DNA from: the human T2T-CHM13v2.0 reference genome, Homo sapiens
DNA: 64,000 nt
Strand: one strand, 5' to 3'
NCBI RefSeq assembly: GCF_009914755.1
Contig: NC_060943.1
In this document: piece after piece, positions 36,313 through 52,619 of the stretch
How positions within the stretch are numbered: the stretch's first letter is position 1
How the letters are laid out: each line of letters opens with the position of its first letter
Position numbers and translations under genes: made by a program
The notes under the pieces: model-generated
What the model was told of the DNA's origin: nothing
Database searches by the model: none
The model's input: the letters and a program-made list of their open reading frames with translations, nothing else

Positions 36313-38035
36313 TAGTAGAGACGGGGTTTCACCGCGTTAGCCAAGATGGTCTCGATCTCCTGACCTCGTGATCCACCCGTCTCGGCCTCCCAAAGTGCTG
36401 GGATTACAGGCGTGAGCCACTGCGCCCAGCCCTAAAAACAGAATGTTGAGTAATGGAATGGGGAGGGGTCCAGGGCATGCTGTTTAATGAACATTCATAA
36501 TTGCAACAGCAGTATGATGAATGGGACAAAGATAAAAATAGCAATTGGCCAGATGCAGTGGCTCATTCCTGTAATTCCAGCACTTCGGGAAACTGAGGCG
36601 GGAAGCTCGATTGAGTCCAGGAGTTAAGAGACCAGCCTGGGAAACACAGTGAGACCCCGCCTCTACGAAAGTTAGCCGGGCGTGGTGGCACGCACCTGTA
36701 GTTCAGCTACTCTGGAGGCTGAGGTAGGAGGATCGATTGAGGCCAGAAGTTCAAGGCTGCAGTAAGCTATGATGGCGCCACTGCACTCCAGCCTGAGTGA
36801 CAGAGTCCAACCTTGTCTTTAAAAAAATAAAAATTAAAAAAGCAGTAACGAAAGTATAAGAGGCTCAAGTTTAATGAATAAACGGCAAGTAAAAGTAGAC
36901 TAAAGGCAAAATCATGAATAATGTTGTAATAGGAGCCCAAGGCATGACGGATAATAAACCTGAATGAATGGGCCAGAGGCAGAGTGATGAATAATGGAAA
37001 AATAGGGACCGGGGGCAAGGGAGGTAACGGACAGGAGTTCATGGATCCAAAACATGATGGCTAATTAGAGAAGGGCCGGAAGAACGACGAAAGTGAGCAG
37101 GCAGGCTGGAGCTAAAAGTAGTCTGGGCAATGAAGCTCAAATGAATGGGGCAGAGGCATGATGGGTAATGGGAGAGGAATGAATGGGCCAAAGATAGAAG
37201 CCGCAGTGACGCGAGGAACAAGAGGCATGATGGGTAACGAAAGGGGTGGGTCTAAGGCAACTGTTTCGCTAAGAGGTGATGAGGGCATTGTGGGTAACGA
37301 GGAGCAGCGCAGGGTTCGCAGAACAGATTAGAATTCTCCCGAGGCACTCTGGGAAGGGCCAGCACTTCCGGTTTTAGGTCGGCTACTCCGAACCAGAGGT
37401 GGGGTGGGGGCCCGGCTGCCGCGGTGCCTGGTGGGACGCGAGGCCTGACCTTGCTGCCTAGCCGCCTCTGCCGCGCAACCCACCTTTACCTGTCCTTCGA
37501 CCCTGGAACGTTAGCCAATGAGAGTACCAAGCTGATACGCCACCAAGGTCGACCCCGTACACGCTGGAGCCAATCAAAATGCTGCAAGGGTCAAAGCCGA
37601 CCAATTATCACAGCAACCTCGCCGCGGGGCGGAATCAAAAGAGGGCCTCCTCCAGGAGAGAGGCGGGGCGATGCCTCAGCGGGCGTGGCAAAATGCTCAG
37701 CACAGACCAATGGCGGGTTAGCACCGGAACCCGCGGCGACGCGAGCCAATAGGCGCAGGCGCTGCGAGCCAATGGGAAGGGTGGGAGGGGCGCCGTGGCT
37801 ACCCTGCGAGTGAGAACCAATACAAAAGGACATTTCAGGGAAAGTGGGCGGGACTTTATGCACAAGTCCAATGGGAAGACCGAGTCTTGACGCTGGTGGG
37901 CGGGCCTCAGGGCACACTAAACCAATGGGCTAGGTGGGGCGGGGCGACGGTGGTGGCGGCGGCGGCAGCGGGTTCGGTTGCGCGTGGCGCACGGGGTGGG
38001 AGCGGAGCCCAGGCCGGGAGCAGGCGCCGCCGCCA

Positions 38036-38130
38036 GTGAGAACCGGGGCCGGAGCCGGGTGCGGATTTGCTGGGGCTGAGTCGGGGGCGCGCGGGCCCTG
38101 ACCTCTGCCCTCTGACCTCTCCCCTAGCAG
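38036..38130 (+). other. TOMM40: Optional small 5'UTR intron of TOMM40 with tandem (NAGNAG) acceptor
   Basis: GCCA|gtgaga donor at 38036; ctgac branch-like motif, pyrimidine tract and tagcag at 38125-38130 just before GCGACCATG. Confidence 0.7.
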
Positions 38131-38136
38131 GCGACC

Positions 38137-38410
38137 ATGGGGAACGTGTTGGCTGCCAGCTCGCCGCCCGCAGGGCCGCCACCGCCGCCTGCGCCGGCCC
38201 TCGTGGGGCTGCCGCCACCTCCGCCCTCGCCGCCGGGCTTCACGCTGCCGCCGCTGGGAGGCAGCCTGGGCGCCGGCACCAGTACGAGTCGAAGTTCGGA
38301 ACGGACCCCCGGGGCTGCAACCGCCAGCGCCTCAGGGGCCGCCGAGGATGGGGCCTGCGGCTGCCTGCCCAACCCGGGCACATTCGAGGAGTGCCACCGG
38401 AAGTGCAAGG
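38137..38410 (+). CDS. TOMM40: TOM40 coding exon 1 (Pro-rich N-terminus)
   Basis: gcgaccATGG Kozak context; [18 protein letters not shown]...[16 protein letters not shown]; AAGG|gtgagg. Confidence 0.98.
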
Positions 38411-39113
38411 GTGAGGGGCGAGGGGCCCCCGCTGGGCTGCGATGGCCTGGATCTCGGGGGAAGGGGGAGGACACTGGGGACTCTGGGATTTGGCGCGCAC
38501 CATTGGAATTATTTAACAGCACTAGGAGGTGATGTTGGGATCGAATGGTGGAACGTTGGACTTGGGGCTTAGAATGATGGAATCAAATGCTGGAAACGGG
38601 ATGGAATGTCATAGCAGTAGAGAAAAGCCTTTAGGGACCTGAGGAGCCCCGGGATCAGCCAAGCCAGACTTCTCTTGTGATCGGGAAGGCAACTGAGGCC
38701 CAAGGTCACGGTGTCAGCAAGGTGTCAGCAAGGTTCCTTGGGTATGGGACCCAAAGCCTCCGGATCCCAGCCTGGAGCAATTAGAGTAGTAGTGGTGGTG
38801 GAGATTTATGGAGTTCTGTTCTGGTGTTCATTATACGTTAACTCATTAGATCCTTGGGACAATTCTGTGTGGTGAGGGTCCCATCTTTCAGATGATGAGT
38901 TTGACCTAAAGTTGCTCAGCTTGGTGGCAGTGAGATTTGAGCAAGCAAAGGCCCTGGCCCTGTCTAACTAGGCTGTACTGCCTCTTTACAGGTGGAATCC
39001 TTTGTGAGATGTTCTGCTGTGGGTCTCTGGAGAGAGCTGGGGGTGGTAGGGAAGGAAGAGATGAGAGTTGGTGTGGGGTTGGAGTGGAGTGTGACAGCGT
39101 TTCTCTTCTCCAG

Positions 39114-39181
39114 AGCTGTTTCCCATTCAGATGGAGGGTGTCAAGCTCACAGTCAACAAAGGGTTGAGTAACCATTTTCAG
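39114..39181 (+). CDS. TOMM40: TOM40 coding exon 2
   Basis: ctccag|AGCTG ... TTTCAG|gtgagc; [23 protein letters not shown]. Confidence 0.97.
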
Positions 39182-39557
39182 GTGAGCCTTCCTGGTGTCC
39201 TTACCCACCAGAGATCGTCCCCGCCGTCCCCCTCCCTGCATCTGCACACTCGGCCCAATTACTCCTCCCTCAAGAGCTGGGCTCCCTGATACTTGAAAAG
39301 ACTCGGAGATATAGTGCCAGACTGACTACTCAGTTTGGGGACCTAGAATCCAGAGGTACTGTCTCCCCATAGCAGCTAGGCTGGAGTGAAGGAACAGGTC
39401 TGTGGGCCTACCGGCAGCACCTCCTTTCTCTGAGTCTCTTAGTCAGGCCGTGCCTCCCAGTCTTCATCCCCTGCCCAGCCCAGAGACCTTGTCCTTGCCC
39501 TCTTCAGTGGGCAAGCCTATCTGTCCAGTATCGTCACAGCTCTCGCTTTCCTTCCAG

Positions 39558-39650
39558 GTCAACCACACAGTAGCCCTCAGCACAATCGGGGAGTCCAACT
39601 ACCACTTCGGGGTCACATATGTGGGGACAAAGCAGCTGAGTCCCACAGAG
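39558..39650 (+). CDS. TOMM40: TOM40 coding exon 3
   Basis: ttccag|GTC ... GAG|gtgagc; [31 protein letters not shown]. Confidence 0.97.
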
Positions 39651-40500
39651 GTGAGCTTCCTTTTTCATCCATTCATTGTATCCTTCTAATAACAAATTTG
39701 TAGCCAAATGTCAAGCTAAGACGGCCTCATCAGGAAAAGGTCACAGCTACCGAGAGCCTGGAGATGGGGATTGCATCTCTCCGAGGTGCACTGGGACACA
39801 AATAATTCCTTCATCCAGCAAACATCCGCCAAACCCCTGCTCTCTGCCTGGCCCCATGCTGAGCAGTGCTGGGGATGTGGCCACAGCCACCCTGTCACCA
39901 GACAGCGATGACCCAGGGTGGAAAGGGCTGGACTGTAGATCATGCAGAACTTTGAATGCCAGACTAGGCTTTGGACTTTCTCTAGGGGGTTGTGGAGAGT
40001 CATGGCATGGTTTGGTCAAGGGAAAGACGTGGTCCACAGGTTCCCGCTGTAGAAATCTCTGGGGCATCTCTGGGGTGGCCATGTGGGGGCTAGTTATTAG
40101 GAAGGGCAAAACTGGAGGCCCAGACAGGGTTGGGGGGACTGAATGAGGTCTCTGCTTCTGTCATTTCCCTTCAGCAAATGTGTTTATTCTGCAAACCTTC
40201 ATTGCACAACACATTCTGTGCCCAGCCCTGTGCTGGCACACATGACTGAAACAGCATGGGACTCACCCGTGGGGCAGGGGACAGACTGTTCCCAGAGAGT
40301 AACAAGCCAGGATGGGCAAGGCTGACATGGGGGAACCCAAAGGTCGGGGAGCCTAACTCAGCCTAGGTGGTCAGAGAGCACTTCGTGGAGGAGGGGACCC
40401 CCATCCGAGGCTTTCTGACCCTAGGCTTCTCACCCCGGCCCATCTCACATACTTGCACAGTGCACCACCTCTGACCCCTTCCGTTCTCTCTGCCTCACAG

Positions 40501-40602
40501 GCGTTCCCTGTACTGGTGGGTGACATGGACAACAGTGGCAGTCTCAACGCTCAGGTCATTCACCAGCTGGGCCCCGGTCTCAGGTCCAAGATGGCCATCC
40601 AG
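40501..40602 (+). CDS. TOMM40: TOM40 coding exon 4
   Basis: tcacag|GCG ... CAG|gtgagt; [34 protein letters not shown]. Confidence 0.97.
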
Positions 40603-40681
40603 GTGAGTGGGGCACGGAGGCTGCTGCTCCCCTCGGCCACCGTGAGCAGGGAGCCGCCCTCACACCCCCTCCTCTCCACAG

Positions 40682-40787
40682 ACCCAGCAGTCGAAGTTTG
40701 TGAACTGGCAGGTGGACGGGGAGTATCGGGGCTCTGACTTCACAGCAGCCGTCACCCTGGGGAACCCAGACGTCCTCGTGGGTTCAG
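40682..40787 (+). CDS. TOMM40: TOM40 coding exon 5
   Basis: ccacag|ACC ... TCAG|gtaaga; [35 protein letters not shown]. Confidence 0.97.
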
Positions 40788-40962
40788 GTAAGAGGCGGAG
40801 GGCTTGGAGGGTGGTCACAAAACTGCAGTTCTGGCTTTGCCAGCAAATCCACCCCATTTGTGAACCTCCTTTTCTGCCACTGGAGAAGTGGCTCAGCAGG
40901 AGTGATTTTGAAACATCAGGCAACATACTACAGTGGGTGAGACGGTCACCCACTGACCATGA

Positions 40963-41523
<561 letters not shown>

Positions 41524-42241
41524 TAAGGCTTTGCAGAGCCTTGGCCTTCGCTCTGAGTGAGTCTGGGGCTTTCGGAAACCAAGGCATAGCTTCTCACAGG
41601 ACCCTGCAGCTGGCGTAGAGAGCAGACTCCAAAGGGGGTACCACTGGGAGGGAGTGGACGGGGAGAGGAGGTTGGATTCTGGATGTTGTTTGAAGGCAGA
41701 GCTGCCAGGATTTGTTGAGACTGGATGGAGGCGATGACTCTGTAGTTTTTGGCTGGAACTGGAAGGATGGAGTTTCGGATTGCCAGCTTTGTGTCTTTGT
41801 GCAGCCATCCACTGTGTCGTGGAGAGCAGGCTCTTGAGCGCTGAGTCCTGAGTGAATGACTCGTGCAGGCGGGGAGGGGAGCTAGGGTTGGCCTTGGACC
41901 CCTGGGAGTGCCTAGGGAGAGTCACCACTTCTCGCTGCAGGAGCCCAGGGAGACTCAAAAGTGTTGACTTTTGAGCTGCCAGAGGAGGAGAAGGGGCTAC
42001 CCCGGCTGGGGGACAGGAGCAAGAAGATTCCAGGCAGGGAGAAGCAGGAACAGGGGTGAGGGAAGGGAAGGGCCATGGCAGAAAACCCAGGAGACAGGGA
42101 AGCTGGAGGTGCAGCAGGTGCAGAGAGGCCTCCTAGGTGAGGCTGATCTGTAGGGGCCCCATGAGGAAGAAACCTTTCCTGTCCCCAACTCACCTGGTGA
42201 CATCACCCCATCTTCTCATACACTACAGTTGAACCACATGA

Positions 42242-42670
<429 letters not shown>

Positions 42671-44141
42671 TGACTGGGAAGGCTTGCGTGCGCATGTCGC
42701 CCTCTGTCGTCCACCATTGTCCCCATCTTGCAAGGCCAAGAGGAGGTTCTCCACTAAGGGCACATGGCCAGTGGGACTCCAGTGTCCCTGCTCTTCACGG
42801 CGCCAGCAACCCCGTTCCCTGTGCCGCCTCGCTCGCCTGGTCCTTTCGTGCTCCCCAGCACTGGCCTCCTGGAGCCCAGGGCCACCAGTGACGCTTTGGT
42901 CTCTAGTCCTTTCCAGTGCCTCTTCCTTCCCCCAGACACCAGTGAGAACAGGGCCTGCCGTGTGCCGGTCAGGGCTGAGCTCTCGAGTCTCTTGCCACCA
43001 ACAGCTCCGACTTGACCCAGGGTGTCTCTACCTCCAGGCGGCTCTGTGACCTCCGGCAAGTGGTTCCAGCCCTTCTGGGCTTCAGTCTCCTCATCTGTCA
43101 CTTGGGCACAATAGAAGCAACTACCTCCCAGTGAAGGAGTCCATGAGAGGGCCCGACTTCTCGGCCTCAGCACTGGGCCACATGCACAGTCACCACTTGC
43201 TCCACTCTGGCATCTCCATGGGGACAATGCCCGCAGGCACCCCCATTTCACAGATAAGGAAAGCGAGGCCCAGGGGTGAAATCAGTTGCCCAGGGTGACA
43301 CAGCCAGGAAGCAGAGGAGCTGGGATTTGAATGGAAGCTTAATTCAGGAGCCCGTGAGCCTCCCCAGCCCCTCCCAATGGTGACAGCTCCTTTTCTGCTT
43401 CACTCTGAGCACCTCATGTGTGCCCAGCCCTGGGCTGGGACACAGCAGTGACCGAGACAGCCCATTCCTGCCCTCATGGGGGTCCCAGGTCAGGCACAGT
43501 GGCTCACACCTGTAATCCCAGCACTTTGGGAGGCTGAGGTGGGCGGATCGCTTGAGATCGGGAGTTCAAGATCAGCCTGGGCAACATAGCAATACCCTGT
43601 CTCTACAAAAAAAATTAGAAATTAGGCATATGGTGGTACATGCCTGTAGTCCCAACTACTGGGGACGCTGAGCTGGCAGGGCACATGCCTATAGTCCCAG
43701 CTACTTGGGAGCCTGGGAAGGGGGAGTGGTTCTATTCTGAAGCTGAGGCCAAGCCATCCAAGGCCTTGCAGGTGTGCTGAGGAACCCATATCTTCTCAGG
43801 GCACGAGGGAGCCATGGCAGGTTCTGGGCAGGGGGTCAACAGGGTCAGGTTTGTGCTTTAACATGATCCCTCTGTCTGCTGTCTGTGAGGTCACTTGAAG
43901 TTGGGGCATGAGACTAGAGAGGAGGCTGTGGGTAGAGAAACTGGGGGGGTGGCCCAGGAGATGGGAAGGATGGTTAGAAAGATACTTGAGGGTCTCATGG
44001 CCTCAGTTCCAACAGTCCCTGGAACTCAGAGGCCAGAGATTCTAAGTCACTCACTCTAGATGGCTGCTTTTCCCTCTGGGCTTCAGTCTCCCCCTTGATT
44101 GAATGAGGGGATAACACTGACCAGAGTGGTAATGGTAGTGA

Positions 44142-44642
<501 letters not shown>

Positions 44643-45175
44643 TGATGGTGATTCAACAACCAGTGGGGGGTTCGGGGATTCATTTGCTTCATCTCCTCTG
44701 GGAAGGAGAGTCACACAGTCGCTTGCCCGAGCCCATGGGGACCAGCTGCAGCCTACTTCTGATCTCAGCCTCCCCAGAAGATGCCACCAGGGCACTGGCC
44801 ATGAACTCACGGCCTCTCTCACACCCACCAGGCTCATCTTGGGGGTTGCCGCCTAACACTCAGCCCCTCTGAGAGCTCCACCCAGCCATGCCTGCAGGTA
44901 TGAAAGGCCCCTATTCCTGCAGCTCCAGAGAGCTGGCTCCAGGCTGGCTCCATGCTAGCAGGCCAGCCTGCTCCCACTGTGGGGCCCCTAGTCTGCCCCT
45001 CTGGTCATCTTGGTCTGGGAAGCATCTTCGCACCTGCTTTGCTCTGTGCTGTCTCAGCTTCTCTGTGTGCCCTCAGTCTCGTGGCCCCCAACCTCCCTTC
45101 CCTTCTCCACGTGTCTTCCTCTCCGGGGCTGCACCCTAGGAGATTGCTCGATCGTGGTGGATTTCTCAACTGTGA

Positions 45176-46640
<1,465 letters not shown>

Positions 46641-47424
46641 TTTCTTTCCCTGTCCCTCCCTCTCTATTTCCCACTCTCTTCCTCCCCAATTCTTCTGGCC
46701 CTATAAAATCACATTTGTGGCCTGTACCCTGCTAGGCTCGAAAGACACCAAAGTGAATCCATCTCCATCCTGAGGCTTGAAAAGGCAGCCCAAAGGTGGC
46801 AGTTCTCTTGTTCAGCAAGCACTCCCTACGGTGGAGGGACACAGGAACGTAGACTTGGACCTCAGTGCAGCAAGTCCCAGCCACAGCTGAGCACTCGATT
46901 CCTCACAACCCCAAGAGGCAGTTAGGTTCACAGAGAGATGATGCCAGCGTCCATGGTCACCAGCCAGCCTGTGGCAGGGCTGGGATTCGAACCCAGGCTG
47001 TGCATATTTACCCACTCTACCCAATGGCCTCTCAGCAGCAGAGTGGCTCAGAGCCTGGGTTTGGGAGGTGTGGAGGCTTGGATTCTGCCCTTGACACATT
47101 TTGTGAGCATGAGTGAGTGACTTACCCTGTAAGCTTCTATAAGTGGTGGTGACCCCCTCTGTAAGTGGGGGTGGATAAATGCTGACCACATGGGCTTGTG
47201 TCGACCAGATGAGGTCCTTCAGGTAATGCAGTCATAGCAGGGCCTGGGACGCTGACCTCAGCGGTAGGGAACCCCTGGGCGATGGGTTAGGAGAAGGGAG
47301 CCCTTGAGGGAGGCCTGAGAGCAAGCCCAAGCCTCCAGCCGGGGTGAGCCTAGAGGGCTTCCTGGAGGTGGAGTCTAGCCTGGCACTCAGGGTGGGTGGA
47401 AACTGATCGTCATTTTGCCCACAG

Positions 47425-47547
47425 GAATCCTCGTAGCCCACTACCTCCAGAGCATCACGCCTTGCCTGGCCCTGGGTGGAGAGCTGGTCTACCACCGGCG
47501 GCCTGGAGAGGAGGGCACTGTCATGTCTCTAGCTGGGAAATACACAT
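47425..47547 (+). CDS. TOMM40: TOM40 coding exon 6
   Basis: ccacag|GAATC ... ACAT|gtgagc; [41 protein letters not shown]. Confidence 0.97.
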
Positions 47548-47552
47548 GTGAG

Positions 47553-47670
47553 CCTGGCGCCTGGGTCCGAGGGTGGAGGGGCTGGGCCCCTGGACTCCTC
47601 CTGGGTCTGAGGGAGGACGGGCTAGGGCCCTGGACACTCAGGTCTGAGGGAGGAGGCCTGGGTTCCCAGA
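47553..47670. repeat. MSR1-type minisatellite, about 3 degenerate units (TOMM40 175-nt intron)
   Basis: ggtctgagggagga...cctggac repeated. Confidence 0.8.
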
Positions 47671-47722
47671 TGCCCAAATCCCCTTGGTAATGAGACCCCG
47701 CCTCCACCCCACTCTCTGACAG

Positions 47723-47799
47723 TGAACAACTGGTTGGCAACGGTAACGTTGGGCCAGGCGGGCATGCACGCAACATACTACCACAAAGCCAGTGACCAG
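47723..47799 (+). CDS. TOMM40: TOM40 coding exon 7
   Basis: tgacag|TGAAC ... CAG|gtgagt; [26 protein letters not shown]. Confidence 0.97.
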
Positions 47800-47902
47800 G
47801 TGAGTGGGTGCAGGGACTAGCTGGTGCTGCCAGGGGCTGCTGGGCCTGGAAGTCCAGGTGGGGCCACTCGCTAATTCTCATGTGTTGCTCCGGCCCCTCC
47901 AG

Positions 47903-48005
47903 CTGCAGGTGGGTGTGGAGTTTGAGGCCAGCACAAGGATGCAGGACACCAGCGTCTCCTTCGGGTACCAGCTGGACCTGCCCAAGGCCAACCTCCTCTT
48001 CAAAG
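47903..48005 (+). CDS. TOMM40: TOM40 coding exon 8 (penultimate)
   Basis: ctccag|CTG ... AAAG|gtaaag; [34 protein letters not shown]. Confidence 0.97.
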
Positions 48006-49724
48006 GTAAAGGTCTCGGTTCCCCTACGCGGGAAACAGGCAGGAGGTGACTCAACTCTGAGTGGATGTGTGGGCCACCACAGGTGCTGGAGGACAGTGTG
48101 CTGCCACCCTGTGGGCCTCCACATTACCGGGGAACACTTGTTAAAAGGTAGGTGGGGCCGGGTGCGGTGGCTCACGCCTGTAATCCCAGCACTTTGGGAG
48201 GCCAAGGCGGGCCGAGGTAAGGAGATTGAGACCATCCTGGCTAACACGGTGAAACTCCGTCTCTACTAAAAATACAAAAACAAAATTAGCCGGGTGTGGT
48301 TGCGGGTGCCTATAGTCCCAACTACTGAGGCTGAGGCGGGAAAATGGTATGAACCCAGGAGGCGGAGCTTGCGGTGAGCCGAGATCGTGCCACCGCACTC
48401 CAGCCTGGGCGACAGAGCAAGACTCCATCTCAAAAAAAAAAAAGTAGGTGGACAACCCTCTACTATGTTTTATGCTTGGAAAAAAAAAGTAGGTAGAGCG
48501 GCCAGGCGTGGTGACTCACGCCTGTAATCCCAGCATTTTGGGAGGCCAAGCCAGGTAGAATACTTGAGGCCAGGAGTTGGAGACCAGCCTGGCCAACGTG
48601 GTGAAATCCCCTCTCTACTAAAAGTACAAAAATTAGCCAGGTGTGGTAGCGTGCTGCAACTGTAGTCCCCGCTACTTAGGAGGCTGAGGCACAAGAATCA
48701 CTTGAACCTGGGAGGCGGAGGTTGCAGGGAGTTGAGACTGCACCACTGCACTCCAGCCTGGGTGACAGAGTGAGACTCCATCTCCAAAAAAAATAAAATG
48801 AAATAAATAAATAAATGTTAAAAAAAATCTGGTGGAGCATCTGATGGGTGTTTGGGCCAAGCTGGAGCTTTGTCCATCCCCTCTTATTTTTCTGCACTTG
48901 ACTCTCTTATTTTTCTGAGACTGGTCTCCCTCTGTCGCCCAGGCTAGAGTGCAGCAGTCCAACTGCGGCTCACTGCAGCCTCCACCTCCCGGGCTCAAGC
49001 AGCCTTCCCACCTCAGCCTCCTGAGTAGCTAGGACCACAGGTGTATGCCACCAGGCCCAGCTAATTTTTTTGATAGTTTTGGGAGACATGGGGGTTTCAC
49101 CATGTTGCCCAGGCTGGTCTCGAACTCCTGGACTCAAGCCTTGGCCTCCCAAAGTGCTGGGATTATAGGTGTGAGCCACCACACCCAGCCAGGGTAGAAG
49201 GCACTTTGGAAGCCTCGAGCCTGCCCCATTCATCTTACGTTAGTGGAAACTGAGGCTTCCAGAGGTTTCAAGGTCACAACTAAATCCAGAACCTCATCTC
49301 AGGCACACTGGTCGTAGTCCCAATGTCCAGTCTTAAGTCTTCTTGGATATCTGTGGCTCACAGATTTTGGGTGTTTGAGCCTCCTGCTGAGCACTGCTGG
49401 GGCCACAGCGGTGACCAGCCCTGTCTTCACGGGACTCAGTGAGAGGAACAGATTCATCCGCAGAGTGGGCAGGACTAGGTTGGGGGAACCCAGGGGTCTA
49501 GAGGGCTTTTCAGAGGGCAGGGGTCACTGAGCGGAGAGCAGAGGAGGAGTGAGCCATTTGCTCCAGCGTGAAGTTGTTGGTGTGATGGGGTTTCAGGGTG
49601 GCAGGAGCAGTGTGGTTAAAGGTCTGGAAGCTGTCGGCATGTGGCTGGTATCCAAGGTGGCCAGGAACTCTGCATGGATATGGTGGGAAGCTGGCACGCC
49701 TCTCACCTCAGCTCTTCCCTGCAG

Positions 49725-49864
49725 GCTCTGTGGATAGCAACTGGATCGTGGGTGCCACGCTGGAGAAGAAGCTCCCACCCCTGCCCCTGACACTGGCCCT
49801 TGGGGCCTTCCTGAATCACCGCAAGAACAAGTTTCAGTGTGGCTTTGGCCTCACCATCGGCTGA
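49725..49864 (+). CDS. TOMM40: TOM40 coding exon 9 (C-terminal beta-signal)
   Basis: ctgcag|GCTCT; [46 protein letters not shown]; the nine exons sum to 1086 nt = 361 aa. Confidence 0.98.
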
Positions 49865-51721
49865 GCCCTCCTGGCCCCCGCCTTCCACGCCCTTCCGATT
49901 CCACCTCCACCTCCACCTCCCCCTGCCACAGAGGGGAGACCTGAGCCCCCCTCCCTTCCCTCCCCCCTTGGGGGTCGGGGGGGGACATTGGAAAGGAGGG
50001 ACCCCGCCACCCCAGCAGCTGAGGAGGGGATTCTGGAACTGAATGGCGCTTCGGGATTCTGAGTAGCAGGGGCAGCATGCCCAGTGGGCCTGGGGTCCCG
50101 GGAGGGATTCCGGAATTGAGGGGCACGCAGGATTCTGAGCACCAGGGGCAGAGGCGGCCAGACAACCTCAGGGAGGAGTGTCCTGGCGTCCCCATCCTCC
50201 AAAGGGCCTGGGCCCGCCCCGAGGGGGCAGCGAGAGGAGCTTCCCCATCCCCGGTCAGTCCACCCTGCCCCGTCCACTTTCCCATCTCCTCGGTATAAAT
50301 CATGTTTATAAGTTATGGAAGAACCGGGACATTTTACAGAAAAAAAACAAAAAACAACAAAAAATATACGTGGGAAAAAAAACGATGGGAGGCCTCCGTT
50401 TTCTCAAGTGTGTCTGGCCTGTTTTGAGCATTTCATCCGGAGTCTGGCCGCCCTGACCTTCCCCCAGCCGCCTGCAGGGGGCGCCAGAGGGCCGGAGCAC
50501 GGAAAGCAGCGGATCCTTGATGCTGCCTTAAGTCCGGCTCAGAGGGGCGCAGCGTGGCCTGGGGTCGCTATCTTCCCATCCGGAACATCTGCCCTGCTGG
50601 GGGACACTACGGGCCTTCCCTTGCCTGAGGGTAGGGTCTCAAGGTCACTTGCCCCCAGCTTGACCTGGCCGGAGTGGCTATAGAGGACTTTGTCCCTGCA
50701 GACTGCAGCAGCAGAGATGACACTGTCTCTGAGTGCAGAGATGGGGGCAGGGAGCTGGGAGAGGGTTCAAGCTACTGGAACAGCTTCAGAACAACTAGGG
50801 TACTAGGAACTGCTGTGTCAGGGAGAAGGGGCTCAAGGACTCGCAGGCCTGGGAGGAGGGGCCTAGGCCAGCCATGGGAGTTGGGTCACCTGTGTCTGAG
50901 GACTTGGTGCTGTCTGGATTTTGCCAACCTAGGGCTGGGGTCAGCTGATGCCCACCACGACTCCCGAGCCTCCAGGAACTGAAACCCTGTCTGCCCCCAG
51001 GGTCTGGGGAAGGAGGCTGCTGAGTAGAACCAACCCCAGGTTACCAACCCCACCTCAGCCACCCCTTGCCAGCCAAAGCAAACAGGCCCGGCCCGGCACT
51101 GGGGGTTCCTTCTCGAACCAGGAGTTCAGCCTCCCCTGACCCGCAGAATCTTCTGATCCCACCCGCTCCAGGAGCCAGGAATGAGTCCCAGTCTCTCCCA
51201 GTTCTCACTGTGTGGTTTTGCCATTCATCTTGCTGCTGAACCACGGGTTTCTCCTCTGAAACATCTGGGATTTATAACAGGGCTTAGGAAAGTGACAGCG
51301 TCTGAGCGTTCACTGTGGCCTGTCCATTGCTAGCCCTAACATAGGACCGCTGTGTGCCAGGGCTGTCCTCCATGCTCAATACACGTTAGCTTGTCACCAA
51401 ACATACCCGTGCCGCTGCTTTCCCAGTCTGATGAGCAAAGGAACTTGATGCTCAGAGAGGACAAGTCATTTGCCCAAGGTCACACAGCTGGCAACTGGCA
51501 GAGCCAGGATTCACGCCCTGGCAATTTGACTCCAGAATCCTAACCTTAACCCAGAAGCACGGCTTCAAGCCCCTGGAAACCACAATACCTGTGGCAGCCA
51601 GGGGGAGGTGCTGGAATCTCATTTCACATGTGGGGAGGGGGCTCCCCTGTGCTCAAGGTCACAACCAAAGAGGAAGCTGTGATTAAAACCCAGGTCCCAT
51701 TTGCAAAGCCTCGACTTTTAG

Positions 51722-52493
<772 letters not shown>

Positions 52494-52537
52494 ACTCAGC
52501 CCCAGCGGAGGTGAAGGACGTCCTTCCCCAGGAGCCG
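52494..52537 (+). other. APOE: APOE exon 1 (non-coding); start position approximate
   Basis: actcagccccagcggaggtgaaggacgtccttccccaggagccg|gtgaga. Confidence 0.9.
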
Positions 52538-52564
52538 GTGAGAAGCGCAGTCGGGGGCACGGGG

Positions 52565-52619
52565 ATGAGCTCAGGGGCCTCTAGAAAGAGCTGGGACCCT
52601 GGGAAGCCCTGGCCTCCAG
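52565..52619 (+). CDS. APOE: Alternative extended APOE exon 1, coding segment (N-terminally extended 343-aa isoform; Lys14 allele)
   Basis: ATG 52565, MSSGASRKSWDPGKPWPP, donor CCAG|gtagtc in phase 1 joins exon 2 as DWPITGRK-MKVLW. Confidence 0.7.

Larger units (their letters stand above)
37300..38500 (+). promoter_or_regulatory. TOMM40: TOMM40 CpG-island promoter: 9 CCAAT boxes, GABP/ETS site, NRF1-like site, GC box
   Basis: CpG dense; CACTTCCGG 37363-37371; GCGCAGGCGC 37753-37762; GGGGCGGGG 37936-37944; CCAAT x9 between 37515 and 37926. Confidence 0.9.

Noticed and set aside
47489-48247. 252-aa minus-strand ORF
   Set aside because: It starts in an Alu and runs antisense through GC-rich TOMM40 exons and MSR1 repeats, with no recognisable domain.
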